From the NCBI GenBank assembly GCA_035294545.1, contig DATGKS010000068.1, positions 1,389 to 65,388 of the forward strand: 64,000 nucleotides of DNA, written 5' to 3'. The DNA comes from Solirubrobacteraceae bacterium (lineage in GTDB: Bacteria; Actinomycetota; Thermoleophilia; Solirubrobacterales; Solirubrobacteraceae). A program made the position numbers and the translations under genes. Shown in pieces: positions 17,174-25,020 of the stretch (the first letter of the stretch is position 1; every line of letters begins with the position of its first letter). The notes under the pieces are model-generated. The model was not told the DNA's origin. It did no database searches and saw only the letters and a program-made list of their open reading frames with translations.

Positions 17174-17952
17174 AGCTCCTCCTCGAAGAACGTCGCCGCC
17201 GGTCCGCGCAGGTAGATGTCCCACTCGAAGCACTGTGCCCAGTCGGGCTGCGTGCCGTGGATCGAGAACGTCGAGATCATCGCCTCGCGGGCCCTCGGGT
17301 CGCGCACGGAGTTGAAGATCGGGTCATAGGGGAAGAACGGGTCGCCCGGAAAGTACATCTGGGTGACGAGGCGCTGCGCAAACGCCCGGCCCATGAGCGA
17401 GAAGTGGATGTGGGCCGGCCGCCAGGCGTTGTAGTGGTTGCCCCACGGATAGGGGCCCGGCTTGATCGTCGTGAACCGGTAGCGCCCCTCGGCGTCGGTG
17501 AGGCAGCGCCCGGCGCCCGAGAAGTTCGGATCGAGCGGCGCCGGATACCGATCCCACCTGTGGCGGTAGCGGCCGCACGCGTTCGCCTGCCAGATCTCGA
17601 CGAGCGTGTCGCGCAGCGGCTTGCCCTCGGTGTCGTAGACGTGGCCGATGACGATGATCCGCTCGCCGATCGGCTCACCGGCGTGCTGTCGGGTGAGGTC
17701 GGCGTCGAGCTCGGTCATCCCGAGTCGCTCCGAGAGCGCCGGGCCGGTGATCTCGCCGAGCGTGTGCGGGAGGTAGACGAGCGGCTCCTTCGGATGCCGG
17801 AGCGCGGTTGACTTGTAGGGCTCGTAGTCGAGCGGTGGATGCGCGTCCCCGGGCTCGCGCCGGTAGACGAGCGGGGTGTCGGCGATCGGCGTGTAGATCC
17901 GGCGCGGCTCCTCGGGATCGGTGGGGGTGGGCTCGTGCTGCTCGACGGACAT
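17170..17952 (-). CDS. pcaH: Protocatechuate 3,4-dioxygenase beta subunit
   Basis: 260 aa from ATG 17952, preceded by GAGGAGG. Contains VEIWQANACGRYRH and WRPAHIHFSL. Confidence 0.9.
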   Translation of the reverse strand: MSVEQHEPTPTDPEEPRRIYTPIADTPLVYRREPGDAHPPLDYEPYKSTALRHPKEPLVYLPHTLGEITGPALSERLGMTELDADLTRQHAGEPIGERIIVIGHVYDTEGKPLRDTLVEIWQANACGRYRHRWDRYPAPLDPNFSGAGRCLTDAEGRYRFTTIKPGPYPWGNHYNAWRPAHIHFSLMGRAFAQRLVTQMYFPGDPFFPYDPIFNSVRDPRAREAMISTFSIHGTQPDWAQCFEWDIYLRGPAATFFEEEL

Positions 17953-17968
17953 CGTCCGGCCTCCTCGT

Positions 17969-18748
17969 TCAGCGGTTGACGAGCTCCCGCAGCGCGCGGA
18001 GCTCCTCCTCGGTGGCGGGCGGTGTGCGCGCGAGGTCCTCGGCGACGCGGAGCGTCCAGCCGGTCGCCGCGCGCACGTCCTCCACCTCAACCCCCGGGTG
18101 GATCTGGGTGAGCGTGAGCTCGGGCGCCTCGGCGGGATCGAGCTGCACCGGCCGGAGCACGCCAAGATCGGTGACGACCGCGGTTGGGCCGGCGCCGGTG
18201 AACCCGAGGCGCGTGCGGTCCCCGGCGGCGTCGCCGAACCCGACCGTCGTGCGGAAGTCGAGGCGCTCGACGAACGTGCGCGGCGAGTGCGGAGCGATCA
18301 CGACGACCTCTTGGCAGCAGGCGGCGATCTCGGGCGCGCCGCCGGCCCCGGGCAGGCGCGTGCGGGGGCGGGCGTAGTCGCCGATCACGGTCGAGTTGAG
18401 GTTCCCGTGGCGGTCGACCTGGGCGGCGCCGAGGAACGCGACCTGGACGCGGCCGGTCCCGATCCAGTAGTTGAACATCTCCGGGACCGAGACGACCGCA
18501 TCGGCGGTCTCCGCGAGCTCGCCGTCGCCGATCGACAGCGGGATGCGATACGGCTTGGCGCCGATCGTCCCCGACTCGTAGACGAGCACGAGCTCGGGGT
18601 TGTGGACCATGCGCGCGAGCAGCGCCGCGGTGCTCGGCCGGCCGACGCCGATGAACACCGAGCGGGCGTCGGTGAGCAGGCGCGCGGCGACGATCGTCTG
18701 CAGCTCGCCCGTCGTCGCCGGGGTGAGGTCGGTCGCAGTCTCGGTCAT
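17969..18748 (-). CDS. pcaJ: 3-oxoadipate CoA-transferase subunit B
   Basis: 259 aa from ATG 18748 (MTETATDL...). Contains the CoA-transferase B motif LVYESGTIG. An in-frame GTG at 18796 is an alternative start. Confidence 0.85.
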   Translation of the reverse strand: MTETATDLTPATTGELQTIVAARLLTDARSVFIGVGRPSTAALLARMVHNPELVLVYESGTIGAKPYRIPLSIGDGELAETADAVVSVPEMFNYWIGTGRVQVAFLGAAQVDRHGNLNSTVIGDYARPRTRLPGAGGAPEIAACCQEVVVIAPHSPRTFVERLDFRTTVGFGDAAGDRTRLGFTGAGPTAVVTDLGVLRPVQLDPAEAPELTLTQIHPGVEVEDVRAATGWTLRVAEDLARTPPATEEELRALRELVNR

Positions 18749-18830
18749 CGGGTTACGGTCGCGTCCCGGGGGTCGGTCGTCTCGGTCACCCGGCACCCCG
18801 TCCCTGGCGCAGCGCGCTCGTTTCGGTCAT
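18745..18830 (-). repeat. Three start-like units spaced exactly 41 nt apart at the pcaI/pcaJ junction
   Basis: ATG 18830, GTG 18789 and ATG 18748 each begin (A/G)TGACCGA(A/G)AC. Read directly on the minus strand. Confidence 0.85.
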
Positions 18831-19642
18831 CGCGTCGCACCCTCCGACAGCACGTGGTCGTTCATCCAGGCGGTGAACTCGTCGCGGTCGCGGCTGAGGG
18901 TGTCCCAGAACCGGTAGAAGTCGTTGTCGCGCGTCGTGATCCCCGCCGCATAGGAGGGCTGTGAGCCGCCCGGGGCCTCGGCGACCGCGTCGATCACCCA
19001 GCCCGGGATCACGACGCCGCCGGGTCGCGGCTCGAGCGTGTCGACGATCCGCTCGACCGTGACGAACGAGCGCTCGGCGCAGAGCACCGCCTCCTTCTGC
19101 ACGCCGGGGATGCCCCACAATTGCACGTTGCCGTCGCGGTCGGCCTCCTGGGCGTGGACGATCGAGACGTCGGGGCGGAGAGCCGGCACGGCGGTGAGCG
19201 TCTCCCCGGTGAACGGGCAGGAGATCTCCCGGACGTTCGTGCGCTCCCGCAGGTCGGTGCCCACGTAGCCACGCATGACCGCGAACGGCAGCCGGGCCGC
19301 GCCGGCCGCGTAGCGGTTCGCCATGCCGGCGTGGCTGTGCTCCTCGATCTCGATCGCCCGCGGCCAGCCGTGCTCGATCGCGTCGCGGAAGCGGTGCAGC
19401 GACCCGACCCCCGGGTTGCCGCCGTAGGAGAACACGAGCCGGCGGGCGGCGCCCATCCCGATCATCTGGTCGTAGAGGATGTCGGGGGTCATGCGGATGA
19501 GCTCCAGCTCGGTCCGTCCCTGGCGCAGCACCTCGTGTCCGGCGGCGAACGGGATCAGGTGCGTGAAGCCCTCAAGCGCGACGGAGTCGCCGTCGTGCAC
19601 GAGCGCGGCGACCGCGTCGGACAGGGTCGTGATCTCAGCCAC
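18827..19642 (-). CDS. pcaI: 3-oxoadipate CoA-transferase subunit A
   Basis: 271 aa from GTG 19642, preceded by GGGAGG. CoA-transferase family I alpha subunit (VALEGFTHLIPFAAGHE, SYGGNPGVG). Confidence 0.85.
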   Translation of the reverse strand: MAEITTLSDAVAALVHDGDSVALEGFTHLIPFAAGHEVLRQGRTELELIRMTPDILYDQMIGMGAARRLVFSYGGNPGVGSLHRFRDAIEHGWPRAIEIEEHSHAGMANRYAAGAARLPFAVMRGYVGTDLRERTNVREISCPFTGETLTAVPALRPDVSIVHAQEADRDGNVQLWGIPGVQKEAVLCAERSFVTVERIVDTLEPRPGGVVIPGWVIDAVAEAPGGSQPSYAAGITTRDNDFYRFWDTLSRDRDEFTAWMNDHVLSEGATR

Positions 19643-19704
19643 CGGCGACCTCCCGGGTCGGCGTCGCGATCTCAGCCAGCGGCGACCTCCCGGGTCGGCG
19701 TCGT
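19631..19704. repeat. Tandem duplication (2 x 37 bp) of the pcaI SD/start region
   Basis: 19631-19667 versus 19668-19704 are 35/37 identical. A third partial copy (19/23) lies at the pobA 3' end, 19735-19757. Confidence 0.9.
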
Positions 19705-19734
19705 GAATCCGGCCCCGCCGGCGGCCTCCTCACC

Positions 19735-20973
19735 TCAGCCACGCGCGACCTCCGCGGCCAGTGGCGCGGGATCCGGGACCGTGCGCTCGAGCGGCAGCCC
19801 GACATAGTTCTCGGCGAGCGCCGTCGCCTGCGCCCGCGAGGACGCGACGTAGCGCAGCTGGGAGAGCGCGAGCTCGGCGCCGTAGGCGTCGTCGCCGGGA
19901 TCGGTGTGGAGCATCGTCGTCATCCACCACGAGAAGTGCTGGGCGCGCCACACGCGCGCAAGACAGCGATCCGAATAGGCGGCGAGCGGCGCCTCGTCGC
20001 CGTCGCGGAACCGCGCCACGAGGGCCCGCGCGAGCACGGTGACGTCGGCGACCGCGAGGTTGAGGCCCTTCGCCCCGGTCGGGGGCACGATGTGCGCGGC
20101 GTCGCCGGCGAGGAACAGGTTGCCGTGGCGCATCGGGGCGGCGACGAAGCTCCGCATCGGCGTGATCGAGGCCTCGCTGATCGGGCCCTCGTTCAGCTCG
20201 AACCCCTCGCCGTCGAGCCGCGCGTGGAGCTGCGTCCAGATGCGATCCTCCGACCAGTTCTGAAGCGTGTCGTCGGGAGTCACCTGCAGGTAGAGCCGGC
20301 TCACGGTCGGCGAGCGCATGCTGTAGAGCGAGAACCCCTCCGGGTTGCGGGCGTAGATGAGCTCGTCGGTCGCGGGCGTCGCGTCGACGAGCACGCCGAG
20401 CCAGGCGAACGGGTAGCTCCGCTCCCACGTCCGGATGGCCTCGGCGACGGCCTGGCGGCAGACTCCGTGGAACCCGTCGCAGCCGGCGATGACGGCGGCG
20501 CGCAGTTCGTGCGCGGAGCCGTCGTGCTCGTACCGGACGAGCCCGCCCTCGCCCTCGAAGTCCTCGATGTGCACGTCGCGTACCTCGAATCGCAGCGGCA
20601 GCCCGTCGCTCAGACGCGCGGCGATCAGGTCCTTGACGACCTCGGTCTGCCCGTACACGGTGACCGAGCGCCCGCCGGTGAGCTCGTCCATCGGAATGTG
20701 ATGGCGCGTGCCGTCGAAGCGCAGGTAGATGCCTCCGTGGCGCAGTCCGTCGGCATCGAGGCGCTCGGCGACGCCCGCCTCGTGGAGCACGTCGACCGTG
20801 CCCTGCTCAAGCACGCCGGCGCGGACCCGCGCCTCGACGTAGTCGCGGCTGCGAGCCTCGAGGATGACCGCCTCGATCCCCGCCCGGGAGAGCAGTCGCC
20901 CGAGCAGCAGGCCGGCCGGTCCGGCCCCGATGATCGCCACCTGTGTCCGCTCCGCAGCCATCCTGCCCGACAC
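19735..20973 (-). CDS. pobA: 4-hydroxybenzoate 3-monooxygenase
   Basis: 412 aa. Contains VAIIGAGPAGLLLG and LAGDAAHIVPPTGAKGLNLA. The start may be ATG 20961. Confidence 0.9.
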   Translation of the reverse strand: MSGRMAAERTQVAIIGAGPAGLLLGRLLSRAGIEAVILEARSRDYVEARVRAGVLEQGTVDVLHEAGVAERLDADGLRHGGIYLRFDGTRHHIPMDELTGGRSVTVYGQTEVVKDLIAARLSDGLPLRFEVRDVHIEDFEGEGGLVRYEHDGSAHELRAAVIAGCDGFHGVCRQAVAEAIRTWERSYPFAWLGVLVDATPATDELIYARNPEGFSLYSMRSPTVSRLYLQVTPDDTLQNWSEDRIWTQLHARLDGEGFELNEGPISEASITPMRSFVAAPMRHGNLFLAGDAAHIVPPTGAKGLNLAVADVTVLARALVARFRDGDEAPLAAYSDRCLARVWRAQHFSWWMTTMLHTDPGDDAYGAELALSQLRYVASSRAQATALAENYVGLPLERTVPDPAPLAAEVARG

Positions 20974-21093
20974 AGTAATGGTTTCCGCGTGGGCGCAGAG
21001 CGGTCACCGCGTTCGCAGAGCGAACCCACGCCACGATGATGCTCGCTGGCCGAACGGCGGGATCGGCCCCCGCGCCCGCCGCGCGAACGCGCG

Positions 21094-21321
21094 TCAGGAG
21101 ATCCTGATGAGGACGATCGTGTTGACGACGAACAGGATCGCGAACACGATCGTCCAGCGGTTGAGGTTGCGCTCGACGAGCGAACCCCCGCCGAGTGGCC
21201 CCTGGCCGGTGCCGACGCCGAACGCTCCGGAGAGGCCCGCGTCCTTGCCGGAGTGCATGAGGATGAGGAAGATGAGCCCCACGCAGAGGACGATCTGGAC
21301 GAAGTCGAGGACGACGGTCAC
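21094..21321 (-). CDS. secG: Preprotein translocase subunit SecG
   Basis: 75 aa with two TM segments and the characteristic Gly-rich loop (HSGKDAGLSGAFGVGTGQGPLGG). Confidence 0.85.
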   Translation of the reverse strand: MTVVLDFVQIVLCVGLIFLILMHSGKDAGLSGAFGVGTGQGPLGGGSLVERNLNRWTIVFAILFVVNTIVLIRIS

Positions 21322-21674
21322 GGCGCCGATGGTAGCTCGGAGCCGCCGCTCGAGCGAGCGTCCGCGGATGGGTCCCAGGTCCCGCGCTCTCGCGCCGCGT
21401 CGGCCTGCGCCTCGTCGAGTCGGTGCAGGATCTCGATCGCCTCCGCGCGCAGCGCGCCGTCGATCTCGCGGTGGTCCTCCTCGGAGAGCTTGCCCGTCCG
21501 CAGGTCCATCTCCGCGTCGCGGATCTCGCGGTACTTCGCGTCGCGCGCGGCCTCGAGGTCCGCGACCGTCACCCCGAGGTCCGAACGGCGGTGGCGAGCG
21601 GCACGCAGCGGGCCGGTGATGAGCATGAACACGGCCGCGAGCACGGCGAGGACGATGAGGTACTGCCAGACCAT
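21318..21674 (-). CDS. Small single-TM protein, possibly a CcmI-like cytochrome c maturation accessory protein
   Basis: 118 aa from ATG 21674, just downstream of ccmF. An N-terminal TM segment (MVWQYLIVLAVLAAVFMLI) is followed by a charged helical region (LEAARDAKYREIRDAEMDLRTGKLSEEDHREIDGAL) reminiscent of CcmI N-termini. 4-nt overlap with secG. Confidence 0.45.
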   Translation of the reverse strand: MVWQYLIVLAVLAAVFMLITGPLRAARHRRSDLGVTVADLEAARDAKYREIRDAEMDLRTGKLSEEDHREIDGALRAEAIEILHRLDEAQADAARERGTWDPSADARSSGGSELPSAP

Positions 21675-21679
21675 GCCGC

Positions 21680-24040
21680 TCAGGCCGCGGGGTCGGGCGG
21701 GCTTGTGCCGTAGCCGGAGACGCGCGGGCCCGTGCCGGGGCCGGACGCGCGCAGGCGGGTGACGAGCTCGCCGGCGCGGGCGGGCTGTTGGACGCCCGGG
21801 CCGCTTGCGCCGGTGGCGGGCGCGGTCGCGCGGCCGCCGCGGCGGGCGGCGCGCCCGCCGGTCGGGCCGTGGTCGTCGGGCGAGCGGCGCGGCCGGACGG
21901 GGATGAGCGCGATCAGCCCGCCGATCGCCGCGATGATCGCGCCGAGCCACAGCCAGGTGACGAGCGGCGAGACCTCGATCAGGAACTGGGTCGGCCACGG
22001 ATGCGTGACCCAGCGGTCGGTGAGCTCCTGCACGGCGCGGTCGCGGAGCTGGAAGACGGCGGCGAGCTTCTGCATCTTCACCCGCAGCGGCAGCTTCGCC
22101 GCCTGGACCGCGTTGATCGCGCGCGCGAAGTCGCGATCGCCCCTGGCGATGATCGGGGCGAGCGGCTGGAGGTTCGCCGAGATCACGACCCAGATGTCGT
22201 GGGTGAGCCCGGCGTCGAGGCCGACCGTCGACTCGTCGGAGGCGCCGAGGCTCGTCTCGAAGAAGCGGCCGAGCGGCGCGCTCGAGGTTGCGGACGGGTA
22301 GACGCCGTAGACGGTGCGCAGCGTCGTCACCCGGTGCCCCGCGCGCGAGACGCGGATGATCGCGCCGAACGCGAGCTTCTGCGGGGTCGCGGCCGCCACC
22401 GGTCGCACGTACGTGAACGTGTACCCGTCGCTCCGCACGCTCTGGCCGGGCGCGAGCATCGCGCGGCGCTGGTGCTGGAACGACGTGGAGGCCGCGACGC
22501 CGACGAGCGCGATCACGACCCCGAGATGGACGATGTAGCCACCGTAGCGCCGCCGGTTGCGGGAGACGAGCCGCGTGAGCGCGAGCGGCCCGGGCTCACC
22601 GGCGCCGCGGCGGCGCACGCGCGTGCCCCGGACGAACTCCTGCACGACGGTCGCGACGACGAAGGCGGCGGCGCAGAACATCGCGAGCGCCCCGGTATGT
22701 CCGCTCGCGCCGGGGACGAGCAGGAGCACGACGAGCGCCACGAGGCCGGCGGCGAGCGGGAACGCGAAGTTCGAGCGGAGCTTGTCGAGCGACATCCGCC
22801 GCCACGGGATGATCGGCGCGATCCCGGCGAGCGCGACGACGGCGACCGCGAGCGGGTCGATGAACGGCAGGAACGCCGCCTGGCCGACGGTGATCTCGTT
22901 GCCCGTCAGCGCCTGGGAGATGAGCGGGAAGAACGTCACCCAGAAGATGACGAGCGTGAGCGCGACGAGCACCATGTTCTGGGCGACGAACATCGCCTCG
23001 CGCGAGAAGATCGAGGCGATGCTCGCTTTGGACTTCAGGCTGTCGTAGCGCCAGAGCACGAGCCCGATCGAGCCGAGCGTCATCACGCCGACGATCACCA
23101 CGAACGCGACGTCGAGCGTCGGGTCGGGCACGAACGCGTGGATCGAGGAGAGGACCCCCGAGCGCACGAGGAAGTCGCCGACCATCGCCATCACGCCCGC
23201 GAGCATCACGAGCGAGACGTTCCAGACGCGGAGCATCCCGCGCTTCTCCTGGATCATGATCGAGTGGATGAACGCGGTGGCGACGAGCCACGGCATGAGC
23301 GCGGCGTTCTCCACCGGGTCCCAGCCCCAGAAGCCGCCCCAGCCGAGCTCGGTGTAGGACCAGCGCGCACCGAGCACGATGCCGATCCCGAGGAACAGCC
23401 AGGCCCCGAGCGCGAATCGCCGTGTCACCGCGATCCATTCGCTGTTCAGCCGGCCCGAGACGAGCGCGCCGACCGCGAAGCAGAACGGGATCAGCATGAG
23501 CGTGTATCCCGAGTAGAGCATCGGGGGGTGGACCATCATCGTCGTGTGGCGCAGCAGCGGGTCGAGGCCCGCGCCCTCCGCCGGCGCCGGCGAGCTCGTC
23601 ACGAACGGGTTGGCCATGAACGTGTTGAGCGTGAGGAAGAACCCCACGAGCAGGAACAGCGTCGCCTGCGCCCAGGGGACGACCATGCGGATCTTGTTGC
23701 GCGTGAGGAACAGCGCGAGGCTCGACCAGGCGCTGAACAGCAGCACCCAGAGCAGCAGCGAGCCCTGCTGCGTCGACCAGATCGCCGCGACCCGGTAGAG
23801 GAACGGCGTCGTCGACGAGGAGCCGTCGGCGACGATGTTGTAGGAGAAGTCGTTGCCGACGAACGCCGCGTCGAGGATGACGAACGCGACGAGCGAGATG
23901 AGCGCGAGCGCGTACATCGCGCGGCGGCCGGAGTGGATCCACGCCTCGTCGCGCGCGCGGCCGCCGTACAGCGACGCGCCGAGCCCGTACACGGCGGTGG
24001 CGAAGCCGAGGATCAGCAGGAGTCGGCCGACGGATGCCAT
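21680..24040 (-). CDS. ccmF: Cytochrome c-type biogenesis heme lyase CcmF
   Basis: 786 aa, polytopic, with the WWD motif WGGFWGWDPVEN. Confidence 0.9.
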   Translation of the reverse strand: MASVGRLLLILGFATAVYGLGASLYGGRARDEAWIHSGRRAMYALALISLVAFVILDAAFVGNDFSYNIVADGSSSTTPFLYRVAAIWSTQQGSLLLWVLLFSAWSSLALFLTRNKIRMVVPWAQATLFLLVGFFLTLNTFMANPFVTSSPAPAEGAGLDPLLRHTTMMVHPPMLYSGYTLMLIPFCFAVGALVSGRLNSEWIAVTRRFALGAWLFLGIGIVLGARWSYTELGWGGFWGWDPVENAALMPWLVATAFIHSIMIQEKRGMLRVWNVSLVMLAGVMAMVGDFLVRSGVLSSIHAFVPDPTLDVAFVVIVGVMTLGSIGLVLWRYDSLKSKASIASIFSREAMFVAQNMVLVALTLVIFWVTFFPLISQALTGNEITVGQAAFLPFIDPLAVAVVALAGIAPIIPWRRMSLDKLRSNFAFPLAAGLVALVVLLLVPGASGHTGALAMFCAAAFVVATVVQEFVRGTRVRRRGAGEPGPLALTRLVSRNRRRYGGYIVHLGVVIALVGVAASTSFQHQRRAMLAPGQSVRSDGYTFTYVRPVAAATPQKLAFGAIIRVSRAGHRVTTLRTVYGVYPSATSSAPLGRFFETSLGASDESTVGLDAGLTHDIWVVISANLQPLAPIIARGDRDFARAINAVQAAKLPLRVKMQKLAAVFQLRDRAVQELTDRWVTHPWPTQFLIEVSPLVTWLWLGAIIAAIGGLIALIPVRPRRSPDDHGPTGGRAARRGGRATAPATGASGPGVQQPARAGELVTRLRASGPGTGPRVSGYGTSPPDPAA

Positions 24041-24064
24041 GCGCTCAGCGGCGGTCGCCCGCCG

Positions 24065-24523
24065 TCACTCCGAGCCTGCGCCGGAGGAGCCGGCCTTCGG
24101 GATGGCGCCCGAGGCGGCCTTGTACTTCGAGGGGCACTTCGTCGTCAGCGAGTTCGCCACGCCGGTGTAGGGCGCGGTCGGCGAGGCTCCCTCCTTGACG
24201 TCGACGAGCACCGCCCGCCCCTGCGCGAACGGGTCGGGGATCTCGCCCGTGTAGTGCACGGCGGCCGTCACGTCGCTCTTCGGGTCGCGGATGCGGAAGT
24301 CGAGCCCCGAGTTCGTCCGACGCACGGAACCGTCGACGACCGTGCCGGCGAGGATGTACGTCGTCCCGGGCTTCGCCCGCTTGATGAGCTGCGAGGCCGT
24401 CACCTCATCGCGGCCGGCGGAGAAGCTCGTGTAGACGAGCGCGGCCGCGAGCACGACCGCGCACGAGAGCGCGACCCCCAGGCGGATGGCGCGCTTGCGG
24501 CTCGGATCCATACGGCTCGCCAT
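24065..24523 (-). CDS. ccmE: Cytochrome c maturation heme chaperone CcmE (CxxxY variant)
   Basis: An N-terminal TM anchor and OB-fold region (YILAGTVVDGSVRR...FRIRD). The heme-binding position reads KCPSKY instead of KHDENY. The start is ATG 24523 or 24511. Confidence 0.85.
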   Translation of the reverse strand: MASRMDPSRKRAIRLGVALSCAVVLAAALVYTSFSAGRDEVTASQLIKRAKPGTTYILAGTVVDGSVRRTNSGLDFRIRDPKSDVTAAVHYTGEIPDPFAQGRAVLVDVKEGASPTAPYTGVANSLTTKCPSKYKAASGAIPKAGSSGAGSE

Positions 24524-24590
24524 TGTCGCACGCCCGCCCCGAGGCCCGCCGCGGTGGCCCGTTTCCGGTTCCCCTCCTGACCTCACGGAA

Positions 24591-24608
24591 TGTTAGCGGT
24601 CTGTTAGC
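24591..24608. promoter_or_regulatory. Direct repeat TGTTAGC-N4-TGTTAGC in the ccmE / zinc-ribbon divergent intergenic region
   Basis: Read directly, in a locally AT-richer stretch between divergent genes. Confidence 0.25.
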
Positions 24609-24666
24609 AACCGGACAAACGCGGCAGGCCTCCGGAAACCAAACCGATAAGTGAGCGTTGTTGTCC

Positions 24667-25020
24667 ATGACTGTGATGACGAAATCCACACCCGGCGCCC
24701 TGCTGCTCAGGCGCCGTCGTGACGGGCGACCGGGGCGGGTTGCGGAGCCGGCAGAGGTCGCGGAGCCGGCAGAGGTCGCGGAGCCGGCACGGGTCGCGGA
24801 GCCGGCACGGGGCGCCGAGACCCACCGGGCTCACGCCACCGCCCAGGCCACCGACGCGTCCCCGTCCCGGACCCGCACGCTCGCCGGCGCCCACGGCCCC
24901 CGGCGGCTCGACGTGCCCCAGGACCAGGCGACGTACGCGTGCCGCTGCGGCTTCGTGTTCGAGGCCGCGGTCTCGACGTCGGTCGGCTGCCCGCACTGCG
25001 GCGACGCCCAGGCCTGGTAG
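24667..25020 (+). CDS. Small zinc-ribbon protein with an Ala/Glu/Pro hexapeptide repeat linker
   Basis: The C-terminus YACRCGFVFEAAVSTSVGCPHCGDAQAW carries CxC...CxxC. The middle of the protein is 4 x (VAEPAE-like). The start is ATG 24667; the track gives an upstream alternative at 24658. Confidence 0.5.
   Translation: MTVMTKSTPGALLLRRRRDGRPGRVAEPAEVAEPAEVAEPARVAEPARGAETHRAHATAQATDASPSRTRTLAGAHGPRRLDVPQDQATYACRCGFVFEAAVSTSVGCPHCGDAQAW
24742..24813 (+). repeat. 4 x 18-bp in-frame tandem repeat (GCGGAGCCGGCAGAGGTC)
   Basis: Read directly. The first two units are identical and the last two differ at 2-3 positions. Confidence 0.9.

Noticed and set aside
21788-24580. A 930-aa plus-strand ORF, the longest in the track
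   Set aside because: It lies exactly antisense to ccmF and ccmE. The translation is Arg/Asp/Glu/Gly-rich low complexity with no motifs. This is the typical shadow ORF of high-GC coding DNA.
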